Of a DNA stretch of 64,000 nucleotides, positions 50,478 through 60,381 are shown piece by piece. Positions within the stretch are counted from its first letter, which is position 1. Each line of letters opens with the position of its first letter. Origin of the DNA: Algicola sp. (GTDB lineage: Bacteria > Bacteroidota > Bacteroidia > Flavobacteriales > Flavobacteriaceae); the NCBI GenBank assembly GCA_018222915.1, contig JAAEZI010000001.1, positions 1 through 64,000 of the forward strand, written 5' to 3'. Below the pieces are notes generated by a model. It was not told the DNA's origin, made no database searches, and saw only the letters and a list, made by a program, of their open reading frames with translations. The position numbers and the translations under genes are program-made.

Positions 50478-50485
50478 TACATTTG
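50478..50485 (+). promoter_or_regulatory. Candidate -7 box TACATTTG for the DUF3108-kynA pair.
   Basis: Matches TAnnTTTG; ends 13 nt before ATG 50499. Confidence 0.3.
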
Positions 50486-50498
50486 CAATACGAATAGA

Positions 50499-51281
50499 AT
50501 GAAAAAGATACTACTTATAATTGGCGCGATCTGTTGTTTGCAATTTTCAAATGCCCAAGAGAAAAATGCATTTCAAGATGGTGAATGGTTTAAATTTAGA
50601 ATGAGTTATAGCGGCTTTCTAAAGGCTGGTAATGCTACCTTGTCTGTCAATGAGACAAAGCTTGATGGTCGTCCTGTATACCATGTCGTTGGTAAAGGTT
50701 GGACTACTGGTGCTATCAAATGGTTTTTTAAAGTAAAAGACAGGTATGAAAGTTATTTCGATGTAGAAACTGGAATGCCTTATCGTTTCATAAGAAAAAT
50801 AGATGAAGGTGGTCATACAAAAGATATTGAAATAGCCTTTGACCACACTAAGAATGAGGCATTTGTAGAAAACAAAAAGCATAAGACTCAAAAAACAATT
50901 GCTACCGAAAAGGATGTTCAAGACATGGTTTCTGCGTTTTATTATCTTCGCAACAATTATGAGACCGAAAATATTAGAGTAGGTGACGTTGTATCGCTCA
51001 ATATGTTTTTTGATGAAGAGAATTACAATTTTAAATTGAAATATTTAGGTCGTGAAACCATTGATACGGAACTCGGTGGAAAAATGAAAACCTTAAAATT
51101 CAGACCTTATGTGATGGCAGGTCGCGTTTTTAAGGAGCAAGAAAGTTTAACGCTCTGGGTAAGCGCTGATGACAACAAAATCCCGCTAAAAATTAAAGCA
51201 GATTTGGCTGTAGGGTCACTGCGAGCAGATCTCGAGGCTTTTAAGGGATTGAAGCATCCTCTGCAGATGGAATTTGATTAA
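50499..51281 (+). CDS. DUF3108-like secreted protein.
   Basis: Signal peptide MKKILLIIGAICCLQFSNAQ; FKFRMSYSGF...ATLSV N-terminus typical of DUF3108. Assignment from memory. Confidence 0.5.
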   Translation: MKKILLIIGAICCLQFSNAQEKNAFQDGEWFKFRMSYSGFLKAGNATLSVNETKLDGRPVYHVVGKGWTTGAIKWFFKVKDRYESYFDVETGMPYRFIRKIDEGGHTKDIEIAFDHTKNEAFVENKKHKTQKTIATEKDVQDMVSAFYYLRNNYETENIRVGDVVSLNMFFDEENYNFKLKYLGRETIDTELGGKMKTLKFRPYVMAGRVFKEQESLTLWVSADDNKIPLKIKADLAVGSLRADLEAFKGLKHPLQMEFD

Positions 51282-51285
51282 TACT

Positions 51286-52332
51286 ATGGACAACCAACAC
51301 CTTTTTGATGACATCGTCAAACAACTTCAACAGAAGTATACAAAAATAGATCAAGATACTGATGACCATTTATACGGCTTGCTTTACAGCAAGCCTATTA
51401 CATATTGGGACTATATTCAAACGGATGCGCTGTTAAGCTTACAAATTCAACGGACTACACTTCCTGATGAAATGGTCTTCATTGCATATCACCAAATCAA
51501 TGAGCTCATTTTTAAGATGATTCTCTGGGAAATTCAGCAAGTCGCAGAAAAGGAGGAATTAAATGCCGTCTTTTTTGAATCTAAAATTATGCGAATTAGT
51601 AGGTACTTCGATATGCTCACGACCTCTTTCAACATCATGCGCGAAGGTATGGAAATAGAGCAGTACATGAAGTTTAGATACACGTTGACACCTGCTAGTG
51701 GATTTCAGAGTGCACAATATAGATTGATAGAATTTGCTTCGACAGAATTAATTAATCTCATAGATTATAGGTTTCGTAAAACTATAGATCGAAATACACC
51801 TTTTGAACACGCCTTCGAACATTTATATTGGCAAGCAGCAGGTAAAGATTACAAAACCGGTAAGAAATCAACGTTGTTAGTCAATTTTGAAAAGCGTTAT
51901 AAGGACGATTTTATTCGCTTTATGCAAACGTATAATACAAAAAATCTGTGGTCACGTTTCAAAGAACTTCCGAAGGAAGATCAAGAAGATAAAGATTTGG
52001 TTAAAGCGATGCGCCACTTTGATTATACGGTGAATGTTACATGGGTTATGGCACATTATAACGCAGCAAGACTCAAAGAACTTCCGAAGGAAGATCAGGA
52101 AGATAAAGATTTGGTAAAAGCGATGCGCCACTTTGATTATACGGTGAATGTCACATGGGTTATGGCACATTATAACGCAGCAAGACATTACATAGAAAGT
52201 GGTACAGGAGATGGTGAGGCAACAGGTGGTAGTGATTGGAAAAAATATATGCACCCAAAATATCAAAAACGCATATTTTTTCCTGAACTTTGGACCGAAC
52301 AAGAATTAGAAAATTGGGGAGAAAATATATAA
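51286..52332 (+). CDS. kynA: Tryptophan 2,3-dioxygenase family protein carrying an in-frame 38-aa internal tandem duplication. Track start 51274 is TTG; the ATG is at 51286.
   Basis: TDO blocks (HQINELIFKMILWEI, PASGFQSAQYRLIEF). The C-terminal region contains KELPKEDQEDKDLVKAMRHFDYTVNVTWVMAHYNAAR twice in tandem. Confidence 0.7.
   Translation: MDNQHLFDDIVKQLQQKYTKIDQDTDDHLYGLLYSKPITYWDYIQTDALLSLQIQRTTLPDEMVFIAYHQINELIFKMILWEIQQVAEKEELNAVFFESKIMRISRYFDMLTTSFNIMREGMEIEQYMKFRYTLTPASGFQSAQYRLIEFASTELINLIDYRFRKTIDRNTPFEHAFEHLYWQAAGKDYKTGKKSTLLVNFEKRYKDDFIRFMQTYNTKNLWSRFKELPKEDQEDKDLVKAMRHFDYTVNVTWVMAHYNAARLKELPKEDQEDKDLVKAMRHFDYTVNVTWVMAHYNAARHYIESGTGDGEATGGSDWKKYMHPKYQKRIFFPELWTEQELENWGENI
51959..52186 (+). 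repeat. Two tandem copies of a 114-bp unit (51959-52072 and 52073-52186) inside kynA, in frame.
   Basis: Read directly. 111/114 identical. The 3 differences (caa/cag, gtt/gta, gtt/gtc) are all third-position synonymous. Confidence 0.9.
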
Positions 52333-52343
52333 TTTAACATTTA

Positions 52344-53630
52344 ATGCAACTAAAAAATTTATTAATAGCACTGTGTATTTGTATTGGTTTATTCTCATGT
52401 AAGGAAGAGGAGAAGCCAATCGTAGAAGAATTACAAACGTATGTAGAACCTGAACCACTCAAAGAATTTGGTTTTGTTCTTGATGATTATGTCGTAAAAC
52501 GCGATACGATTCGAAAAGGAGATAGCTTTGGTGAGATTTTAGAACGTAATAAAATTGGATATCCGAAGATTTTTAACATTGCTGAAAAAGTAAAAGACAG
52601 CTTTGATATTAAAAGGCTCCAATTAGGGAAGCCTTATACGCTTCTTTGCACTAAAGATTCGTTACAAACACCTGAATGTTTCATTTACCAACCTAATAGT
52701 ATTGATTATGTGGTGATTGATTTTGCAGATTCTATCACAACTTATAAAGGAAGGAAACCTATATCTATCGTACAAAAAGAAGCTTCTGGGATTGTGATGA
52801 ACAGTTTATCCGAAACGATGGAAGCCCAAGGTTTACCATATCAATTAATTAATGATATGAGTGATATTTACGCTTGGACTATCGATTTTTTTAGGTTGCA
52901 AAAAGGGGATCGTTTTAAAATTGTTTACAATCAGCGTTTTATAGAGGACTCTATTTATGCGGGAATCGAAAGTATCGATGCCGCGTATTTTGAACATAAA
53001 AATGAACCTTTTTATGCCTTTAATTTTCAAGTAGATAGTACCAAGAATATTTCAGATTATTTTGACGAAAACACCAAAAGCTTAAGACGGACATTTTTAA
53101 AGGCGCCAGTGCAATTTAGTCGAATTTCCTCGCGTTACAATTTAAACCGTCGAATTGCCTATTATGGTTATAAATTGAGACCACATAAAGGCACTGATTT
53201 TGCGGCACCAATTGGGACACCCATTTTAGCAACGGCCAACGGAACGGTTACTGAATCGACTCGAAGAGGTGGTAATGGGAAATATGTTAAGATAAAACAC
53301 AATGCCACCTACAGCACACAATACTTACATATGAAAGCTCAAAATGTGCGAAAAGGGGATTTTGTCAAGCAAGGTGATGTGATTGGATGGGTTGGTATGA
53401 CTGGAAATACAGGAGGACCACATGTATGTTATCGTTTTTGGAAAAACGGGAAACAAGTCGATCCTTTCAAACAAAAACTTCCAGCGGCAGAATCGATTCC
53501 AGATTCCTTAAAAGCAGACTACACAGAGTTTATTAAACCGTTGAAGTCTCAATTGGATAACATTCAGTTTGAAGACAATGCGATTCAATTACCTACTGAA
53601 ACCGAAGTATTAACGTCCGAAATACAATAA
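52344..53630 (+). CDS. M23-family metallopeptidase lipoprotein.
   Basis: Lipobox IGLFSC; M23 blocks HKGTDFAAPIGTPILATANGTV and GNTGGPHVCYRF. Confidence 0.8.
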   Translation: MQLKNLLIALCICIGLFSCKEEEKPIVEELQTYVEPEPLKEFGFVLDDYVVKRDTIRKGDSFGEILERNKIGYPKIFNIAEKVKDSFDIKRLQLGKPYTLLCTKDSLQTPECFIYQPNSIDYVVIDFADSITTYKGRKPISIVQKEASGIVMNSLSETMEAQGLPYQLINDMSDIYAWTIDFFRLQKGDRFKIVYNQRFIEDSIYAGIESIDAAYFEHKNEPFYAFNFQVDSTKNISDYFDENTKSLRRTFLKAPVQFSRISSRYNLNRRIAYYGYKLRPHKGTDFAAPIGTPILATANGTVTESTRRGGNGKYVKIKHNATYSTQYLHMKAQNVRKGDFVKQGDVIGWVGMTGNTGGPHVCYRFWKNGKQVDPFKQKLPAAESIPDSLKADYTEFIKPLKSQLDNIQFEDNAIQLPTETEVLTSEIQ

Positions 53631-55276
53631 TGGCATTACCAACTATCAACCCAACCACTACAAACGCTTGGCGTAAATTGCAAGCGCATTTCAAAACCAT
53701 TGAACACGTGCACCTCAAAACTTTGTTTTCGCAACATGAAAACAGAGCGAATGACATGACCATTAACTGGGAGGATTTTTACTTGGATTATTCCAAGCAT
53801 CGTGTTTCAGAGGAAACGATGACGCTACTCTTAGAATTGGCAGATGAGGTAGGTTTAAAATCGGCAATGAACAAGTACTTTGAAGGTGATATCATTAACC
53901 AAACAGAAGGTCGTGAGGTATTGCATACCGCATTGAGAAACCCAAAGAACGCGGTTGTCAATGTGCAAGGTCAAAATGTGATGGAAGACATTTATGCGGT
54001 CAAGGCAAAAATTAATGAGTTTTCTAACCAAGTAATTAATGGCCATTTGAAAGGCTATACACATCAGTCATTTACAGATGTTGTTAATATTGGTATAGGA
54101 GGTTCAGATTTGGGACCAGCTATGGTCGTTGAAGCTTTAGGATATTACAAAAACCAATTACAAACTCATTTTGTGAGTAATGTTGATGGTGATCATGTCC
54201 ATGAGGTTCTTAAAACATTAAATCCTGAAACAACGCTTTTCGTCATTGTTTCTAAAACGTTTACCACACAAGAAACCTTGTCAAATGCTACTACAATTAG
54301 ACATTGGTTTTTAAAACATGCCCCTAAGAGTGCTGTTTCCAAGCATTTTGTAGCAGTATCTACAAATATTGAAAAAGTGAAGGCATTTGGAATAGATGAA
54401 AATAACATATTTCCAATGTGGAATTGGGTAGGAGGACGATTCTCGCTCTGGAGTGCTGTTGGACTATCCATTAGCTTGGCTGTTGGTTTTGAAAATTTTA
54501 ATTTATTGCTTCAAGGAGCACATAAAATGGATGAACATTTCAAGACTGAAGATTTTGATAAGAATATCCCAGTGATAACAGCCCTTTTGAGTGTTTGGTA
54601 CAACAATTTCTTTCATTCGGAGAGTGAAGCAGTCATTCCATACTCACAATACCTCAATCAGTTTGCCACTTACCTTCAACAAGGTATTATGGAAAGTAAT
54701 GGTAAGAGTATTGATAGGAATGGCGATAAAATCAATTATCAAACAGGGACGATTATTTGGGGTGAGCCTGGAACGAATGCCCAACATGCATTTTTTCAGC
54801 TTATACATCAAGGGACCAAGCTGATACCTGCAGAGTTTATTGGGTTTGCGAAGTCACTGCATGGCGATCAAGATCATCAAGATAAGTTAATGTCTAATTT
54901 TTTCGCACAGACAGAAGCTTTAATGAATGGAAAAACCAAACAGGAGGTCATCGATGAATTGAAAGCTCAGGGGTTGTCAGAAAGTGATATTGCTACCTTA
55001 ACACCTTTCAAAATATTTGACGGAAATAAACCAACGACTACTCTATTAATTGATAAACTCACTCCTGAAAGTTTAGGGAAATTAATAGCGATGTACGAGC
55101 ATCGTATTTTTGTACAAGGCATTGTTTGGAATATTTTTAGTTATGATCAATTTGGTGTGGAGTTGGGCAAGCAGTTGGCGAACACGATTCTTGAGGAACT
55201 TCAAAACGAAAATGTTATCAACAATCATGACGGATCCACTTCAAACCTTATCAAATACTATAAAAGTCAGCGATAA
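53630..55276 (+). CDS. pgi: Glucose-6-phosphate isomerase.
   Basis: PGI signature regions (DYSKHRVSEET, IGIGGSDLGPAMV, GGRFSLWSAVGLS, WGEPGTNAQHAFFQ). Confidence 0.95.
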   Translation: MALPTINPTTTNAWRKLQAHFKTIEHVHLKTLFSQHENRANDMTINWEDFYLDYSKHRVSEETMTLLLELADEVGLKSAMNKYFEGDIINQTEGREVLHTALRNPKNAVVNVQGQNVMEDIYAVKAKINEFSNQVINGHLKGYTHQSFTDVVNIGIGGSDLGPAMVVEALGYYKNQLQTHFVSNVDGDHVHEVLKTLNPETTLFVIVSKTFTTQETLSNATTIRHWFLKHAPKSAVSKHFVAVSTNIEKVKAFGIDENNIFPMWNWVGGRFSLWSAVGLSISLAVGFENFNLLLQGAHKMDEHFKTEDFDKNIPVITALLSVWYNNFFHSESEAVIPYSQYLNQFATYLQQGIMESNGKSIDRNGDKINYQTGTIIWGEPGTNAQHAFFQLIHQGTKLIPAEFIGFAKSLHGDQDHQDKLMSNFFAQTEALMNGKTKQEVIDELKAQGLSESDIATLTPFKIFDGNKPTTTLLIDKLTPESLGKLIAMYEHRIFVQGIVWNIFSYDQFGVELGKQLANTILEELQNENVINNHDGSTSNLIKYYKSQR

Positions 55277-55438
55277 TTTTTGTTAAATACTTCTTAGCGT
55301 CGAGAGGGTGTTAGAGGAAATTTTAAGAAAATTTTAAGTATTTTTGAGAGTTCAAAATTCTTAACATTTAGGTAATCTTGTATTGTTCGTTCGGACGTAC
55401 TTTTGCCGAAAATTAAAACTCTAAATAATTCTTAAACA

Positions 55439-58012
55439 ATGAAGAAATTTTCAAAATGTTTATTGGTTTTAGTAGTCCTATTGTGCACTACCATAGCCTT
55501 TTCACAAAGCACAATCACTGGTACGATTGTAGGTTCTGATATGAATGAGCCGCTACCAGGAGCTAATGTCATCGAAAAAGGGACATCAAATGGTACCACG
55601 ACCAACTTTGATGGTGAATTTTCCTTGACTACACAGGCCTCTTCTGGAGAAATTATTATCTCATTTGTTGGCTATACATCAAAAACTATTAGTTTTTCTG
55701 GAAGTCAAGATTTGGGGACTATTACCCTAACTTCAAGTGAGGTAGGATTACAAGAAGTTCAAATCATTGCGTCGGTTGCTGTAGATAGGAAAACACCTGT
55801 AGCAGTATCAACGGTACGAGCAGCAGACATTCAGTTAAAATTAGGAACTCAAGAATTTCCAGAGGTACTGAAATCGACGCCTGGTGTTTATGCAACTAAA
55901 GCTGGTGGTGGTTTTGGAGATGGACGTATTAACTTACGTGGTTTTAACTCTGAAAATGTGGCTGTTATGATTAACGGTGTTCCTGTAAACGACATGGAAA
56001 ATGGTCAAGTATACTGGAGTAACTGGGCTGGTTTAGGAGATGTTACAAGTTCTATGCAAGTACAGAGAGGTCTTGGTGCGGCGAGAGTTGCAGTGCCTTC
56101 TGTTGGTGGAACTATTAACATTTTAACGAAAACCACTGATGCCGAAGAAGGAGGAAACATATTAACCACATTAGGTAATGATGGTTACAAGAAATTTGGT
56201 GTAACCTATTCAACTGGATTGATGGATAATGGTTTTGCAGCTACGGTTTCTGCAGCGAAAACAGATGGTGATGGTTACGTAAGAGGGACGCAGTTTAATG
56301 CGGTTTCTTATTTCGTGAATTTATCTAAGAAATTAAATGACCAACACAAATTATCGTTTACGGCTTTTGGTGCGAAACAACGTCACGGACAAAGACAAAA
56401 TAGACACCTAATTGAAACTTACAGACAAAGTGAAGACGGCATTAGATATAACTCTGATTGGGGTTATAAAAACGGACAAGTAACTTTTATAGAAGACAAC
56501 TTTTACCACAAGCCACAAATTTCATTAAACCATTACTGGGATCTTAGTGAAAACACAAATATTTCAACTGCAGCTTACGTATCCTTCGGTTCCGGAGGTG
56601 GAGGAGGAACACTAGGAAGTGATGCCGAAACTCCAGGTTTTGAAGGTGATGCTAGATTTAAGTTTACAAGTCCAGAATATCGTATTGGAAATTTAGGACC
56701 TTTAGATTTCGATCGTATTGTTGATGAAAACATTGCACATGGTGCTAATGGTTCAAGTGCGGCTTTAAGAGCATCACGTAATGACCATAATTGGTATGGT
56801 GTCCTATCAACATTGAAAACTGATTTAAGCGATGACTTAGTGTTATTAGCTGGTTTAGATTTTAGAAGTTATAAAGGAATTCACTTTAGAGAAGTCACTG
56901 ATTTATTAGGTGGTCAATTTATCATAAATGAAGACAACGTCAATAATCCTTCAGGTGTCGCAAGAGTTGGAGATAAAGTCTCTTACTATAATGATGGACT
57001 TGTAGGTTGGTTAGGTTCTTTTGCGCAATTAGAGTATGATGTGAATGAAAAATTCAACACATTTATCTCATTAAACGCCTCGAACACCTCTTACAGAAGA
57101 GTCGATTATTTTCTTTACACGCCAGATGATCCTTTAAGAGAAACGGATCGCTATAATTTCTTCGGATTTGGAGCTAAAGGTGGTGCCAACTATAGACTTA
57201 CCGATAAACATAACGTTTTTGTGAACTTAGGGTATTTTGAAAAAGCACCAGATTTTGATGCTGTTTTCCCAAATTTTAACAATGAAGAGATCAACTCTGA
57301 AGCTGAAAATCAGAAAATCACGAGTTTTGAGTTAGGTTATGGTTACAGAGGAGAGCGTTTATCAGCCAATGTGAATTTATATAGAACAGCTTGGAGAGAT
57401 AGAACAGAGACACTTTCATTTCAATTAAGTGAAGACGAAACAGGTTTTGCTAACATTTTAGGTGTGAATGCAATTCATCAAGGTATAGAAGTAGATTTCG
57501 TTTATAAAGCTACCGATAATTTAGATATTACAGGTATGGTATCTTTAGGTGATTGGAGATGGGAAGAGGACGTGACAGACGTTAATATCCTTGACGAGGA
57601 ACAAAATGTCGTTGATACCGTGAATTTGTTTATTGAAGACACACCAGTTGGTGATGCTGCTCAAACGACCTTAGCCTTAGGTCTTAATTATAAATTTGCT
57701 GCAGATACACGATTAACAATAGATTACAATTATTTTGATCGTTTGTATGCAGATTTCAATCCTAGTGATCGAGGTGATGCTGATGCTCCAGATCCATGGG
57801 AAGTTCCTGCTTACGGTGTATTTGATGCTGCGATGACTCACGGATTCTCTTTTGGTCAATTTGATGCGTCTTTAACAGCAAGAATGAATAATGTGTTTAA
57901 CACAAGATATATTGCGGATGCTTTGGATGGAACAAATTCAAACGCACAAACGGCATTAGTATATTATGGTTTTGGAAGAACATTTAGTGTTGGAGCAAAA
58001 CTTAAATTTTAA
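55439..58012 (+). CDS. TonB-dependent outer-membrane receptor with an N-terminal carboxypeptidase-regulatory-like domain (paralogous architecture to 20957..23743).
   Basis: Signal peptide, TGTIVGSDMNEPLPGANVIEKGTSNGTTTNFDGEFSL, plug, long barrel ending in the aromatic GAKLKF. Confidence 0.85.
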   Translation: MKKFSKCLLVLVVLLCTTIAFSQSTITGTIVGSDMNEPLPGANVIEKGTSNGTTTNFDGEFSLTTQASSGEIIISFVGYTSKTISFSGSQDLGTITLTSSEVGLQEVQIIASVAVDRKTPVAVSTVRAADIQLKLGTQEFPEVLKSTPGVYATKAGGGFGDGRINLRGFNSENVAVMINGVPVNDMENGQVYWSNWAGLGDVTSSMQVQRGLGAARVAVPSVGGTINILTKTTDAEEGGNILTTLGNDGYKKFGVTYSTGLMDNGFAATVSAAKTDGDGYVRGTQFNAVSYFVNLSKKLNDQHKLSFTAFGAKQRHGQRQNRHLIETYRQSEDGIRYNSDWGYKNGQVTFIEDNFYHKPQISLNHYWDLSENTNISTAAYVSFGSGGGGGTLGSDAETPGFEGDARFKFTSPEYRIGNLGPLDFDRIVDENIAHGANGSSAALRASRNDHNWYGVLSTLKTDLSDDLVLLAGLDFRSYKGIHFREVTDLLGGQFIINEDNVNNPSGVARVGDKVSYYNDGLVGWLGSFAQLEYDVNEKFNTFISLNASNTSYRRVDYFLYTPDDPLRETDRYNFFGFGAKGGANYRLTDKHNVFVNLGYFEKAPDFDAVFPNFNNEEINSEAENQKITSFELGYGYRGERLSANVNLYRTAWRDRTETLSFQLSEDETGFANILGVNAIHQGIEVDFVYKATDNLDITGMVSLGDWRWEEDVTDVNILDEEQNVVDTVNLFIEDTPVGDAAQTTLALGLNYKFAADTRLTIDYNYFDRLYADFNPSDRGDADAPDPWEVPAYGVFDAAMTHGFSFGQFDASLTARMNNVFNTRYIADALDGTNSNAQTALVYYGFGRTFSVGAKLKF

Positions 58013-58023
58013 AAAATAGAATT

Positions 58024-59710
58024 ATGAAAAGAATAGTTTATGTTTTAGCCATTATTGGCGCCATCTTCACAGGATGCGAACCTTTGGAAGATATTAATAA
58101 CGATTTAAGTAATCAAGATAATCCTATAATTGGAAACGATGCGTTTACCATGACTTCTGATGATTATGCAGCACTTGTAGATCAAGGAGACGATGAGGAG
58201 CCAGATTACTATGAAACCTTTGAAGCCTTTAGTGATATCGAAGACGCGAAAGTGACTTTGCCTTCATTTTTAGCAGAGAGATACCCATTTTGGGGTGATG
58301 GATCTTCCGTGACTGTCAGTTTTAATTTAAATGATGGGAATCCTGAAGATGTACATGCCTTTGTGAATGCAGATGTTTATAATTTAATGTCTGACGATTA
58401 CATTACGCCTTTGAGTAACGCATTTTTGCCTGCAGAAGATGCTGAAGGAGCTCTGGAAGATGTCCTAGCAGCACAATACCCATCACCTACTGAAGGACAA
58501 GTCGTACGATTAGGTTATGATGTATTTACTGAAGAGCCTGTTGCTGGCTTTGCTAATGTTTTTCAAGCAGTATTTCCAGAAAGTGTAGCAGATTTTGAAT
58601 TAATTTCTGTTTCCGGACCTGATGCTTTAGGTTGGACGGAAGGTTCTACCAACGTTCAAGGTTCTGGCTTTGATGGAGGCGCAACAGCTGTTGAAGAATG
58701 GTTAATTTCTCCAGAAATTGATTTAACTGATAGTGCTAATGTGTTATTTCAGATTACTCTTATTTCAGATTACTCAAGAAATTGACTTTTTAGGTGATGC
58801 AAGTTTAATTGATATTGAGATCTCGTCTGACTATACAACAGGAGGAGATGTTATGGCAGCTACTTGGACAGCCTTTAGTTTTGATAAAACAGCTTATGGT
58901 GATATGACACCATCGCCTGATTTTGATTTTTCTGCTTTCGAAGGACAAACCATTCATATAGGTTTAAAATATAGTTCTACAGATTCAGATTCTCCAAGAT
59001 GGCGTGTAGAATCTATGGCGCTTAAAGTTCCAGGGATTTCAGGTGAAACGGAAGCTAAATCTGCTTATTATCAATATGTAGAAGGTGTTTGGGAGTCCGT
59101 AGAAGGCGTATACTACTTAACTTCGGCAGACTATGACTCTATGGGTGAGGATTCAAACCAGCCAGGAGCATTTAATAACTTTAGTTCATCGGTATTACCT
59201 GAAAATTACATTCCACAGTTTTTAGCAATTAATTATCCATTTGCTCAAGAAGGTGATGAATTATTTATACTGTACAGATACTACGGAGGAAGTTCCGTTG
59301 GAACGGTAACAAAAGGGAATCTTTACACTTTTAACAACGGAAGTTGGTCTCCAGTCATATCGTCGTTGCAGTTTGGTCTTGAAAATGGCATTTGGGTACC
59401 AGATAACACGATTAGATATACAATGGTTGGTTCAGACTATACCTTGGTAGCTGCTGCTTTGATAGATACTGAAGGGTTTGAAGCTGCTGCTGGAAACCTT
59501 GATAATTTTGGTAACTTCAACCGAACTGGAAGTTCTTCTAGCTGGAGTGATGACATGATGATTACAGCTATGGGAATCGTTTTAGATAACTTAAACCCAG
59601 CAGCTGCTGAAGGACAGAAATATATTGTTACTGCTGATGTTTACAATGGTAGTGGAACAACTGAAGATTTTAACCTTATTAAAGAAGGTGGCGAGTGGAT
59701 CGCTAATTAA
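58024..59710 (+). pseudogene. TBDR-associated acidic surface lipoprotein (about 562 aa) split into two track ORFs (58024..58785 and 58733..59710) by a perfect 16-bp tandem duplication.
   Basis: Lipobox IFTGC. Deleting one 16-bp copy joins ...SANVLFQIT to QEIDFLGDASLIDIEISSDYTTGG... in one frame. 11-nt gap after the TBDR. Confidence 0.6.
58744..58775 (+). repeat. Perfect tandem duplication of ttatttcagattactc (16 bp, twice).
   Basis: Read directly: gtg ttatttcagattactc ttatttcagattactc aagaa. 16 nt is a +1 frameshift. Confidence 0.9.
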
Positions 59711-59728
59711 TTAAAATCCTCATATGAT

Positions 59729-59762
59729 AAAAAAAGCCTTGAATAATTTCAAGGCTTTTTTA
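59729..59762. terminator. Bidirectional terminator between the lipoprotein (+) and gldD (-).
   Basis: aagccttgaaat / atttcaaggctt perfect 12-bp inverted repeat flanked by A-run and T-run. Confidence 0.6.
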
Positions 59763-59778
59763 GTTTGTCGTGCACCAA

Positions 59779-60369
59779 CTATTGGTCTGTTTTCCACTCA
59801 ATAGACTCCATTAAGTGCTTAATGTCATTTTTTAAATACACCGCAGCAGGATAAATCGAATCGTAATTAGGTTTGGCATAAAAGTATAAAGACCCACTTA
59901 AAAAGTGTGAGGTGCTATCGGTGACATAAAACTGAGATTGAGAGGCTGCATTACCACCAACTTCATAAAACATCCCATACACATTTTGTTTCGGATTTTC
60001 ATACAAGACACTCTCAATAGCATCTGCTTTGATGGTGTGTTTTTGAGTAAGATTTTGAGCATCTCTCAATAAGGTATCTAAATTTGTAGCATTAACTTCT
60101 TTGTAAGTGAGGTAAATGGTGCCTTTCATTTCAGAATAATTGATATTCACACCATAAGCATTATTAATCCCATCCAGTTTGATGTTGGAGATTTTATCGG
60201 CGAGTTCGTTTTTTTCAAAGGTAAAAGGGAGCTTCACATCCACGCGATTGTATTGAGGTTCCGGATACTCCAATCGAAGCATGGCTTTTGGTTTTGGTAA
60301 GGGATCATTGCCACAAGAATTAAAAGTAATGGCAATGAGTGGAATTAAGAATACTTGTTTGATGGTCAT
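59779..60369 (-). CDS. gldD: Gliding-motility lipoprotein GldD.
   Basis: Lipobox ITFNSCG then PLPKPKAMLRLEYPEP. Sits immediately downstream of gldE as in Flavobacterium johnsoniae. Confidence 0.7.
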   Translation of the reverse strand: MTIKQVFLIPLIAITFNSCGNDPLPKPKAMLRLEYPEPQYNRVDVKLPFTFEKNELADKISNIKLDGINNAYGVNINYSEMKGTIYLTYKEVNATNLDTLLRDAQNLTQKHTIKADAIESVLYENPKQNVYGMFYEVGGNAASQSQFYVTDSTSHFLSGSLYFYAKPNYDSIYPAAVYLKNDIKHLMESIEWKTDQ

Positions 60370-60381
60370 AACTGGCCTTGT

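Noticed and set aside
55318-55338. Direct repeat aaattttaag twice upstream of the second TBDR.
   Set aside because: It is low-complexity AT-rich sequence, and a repeat like this is expected by chance in a roughly 35% GC intergenic region.
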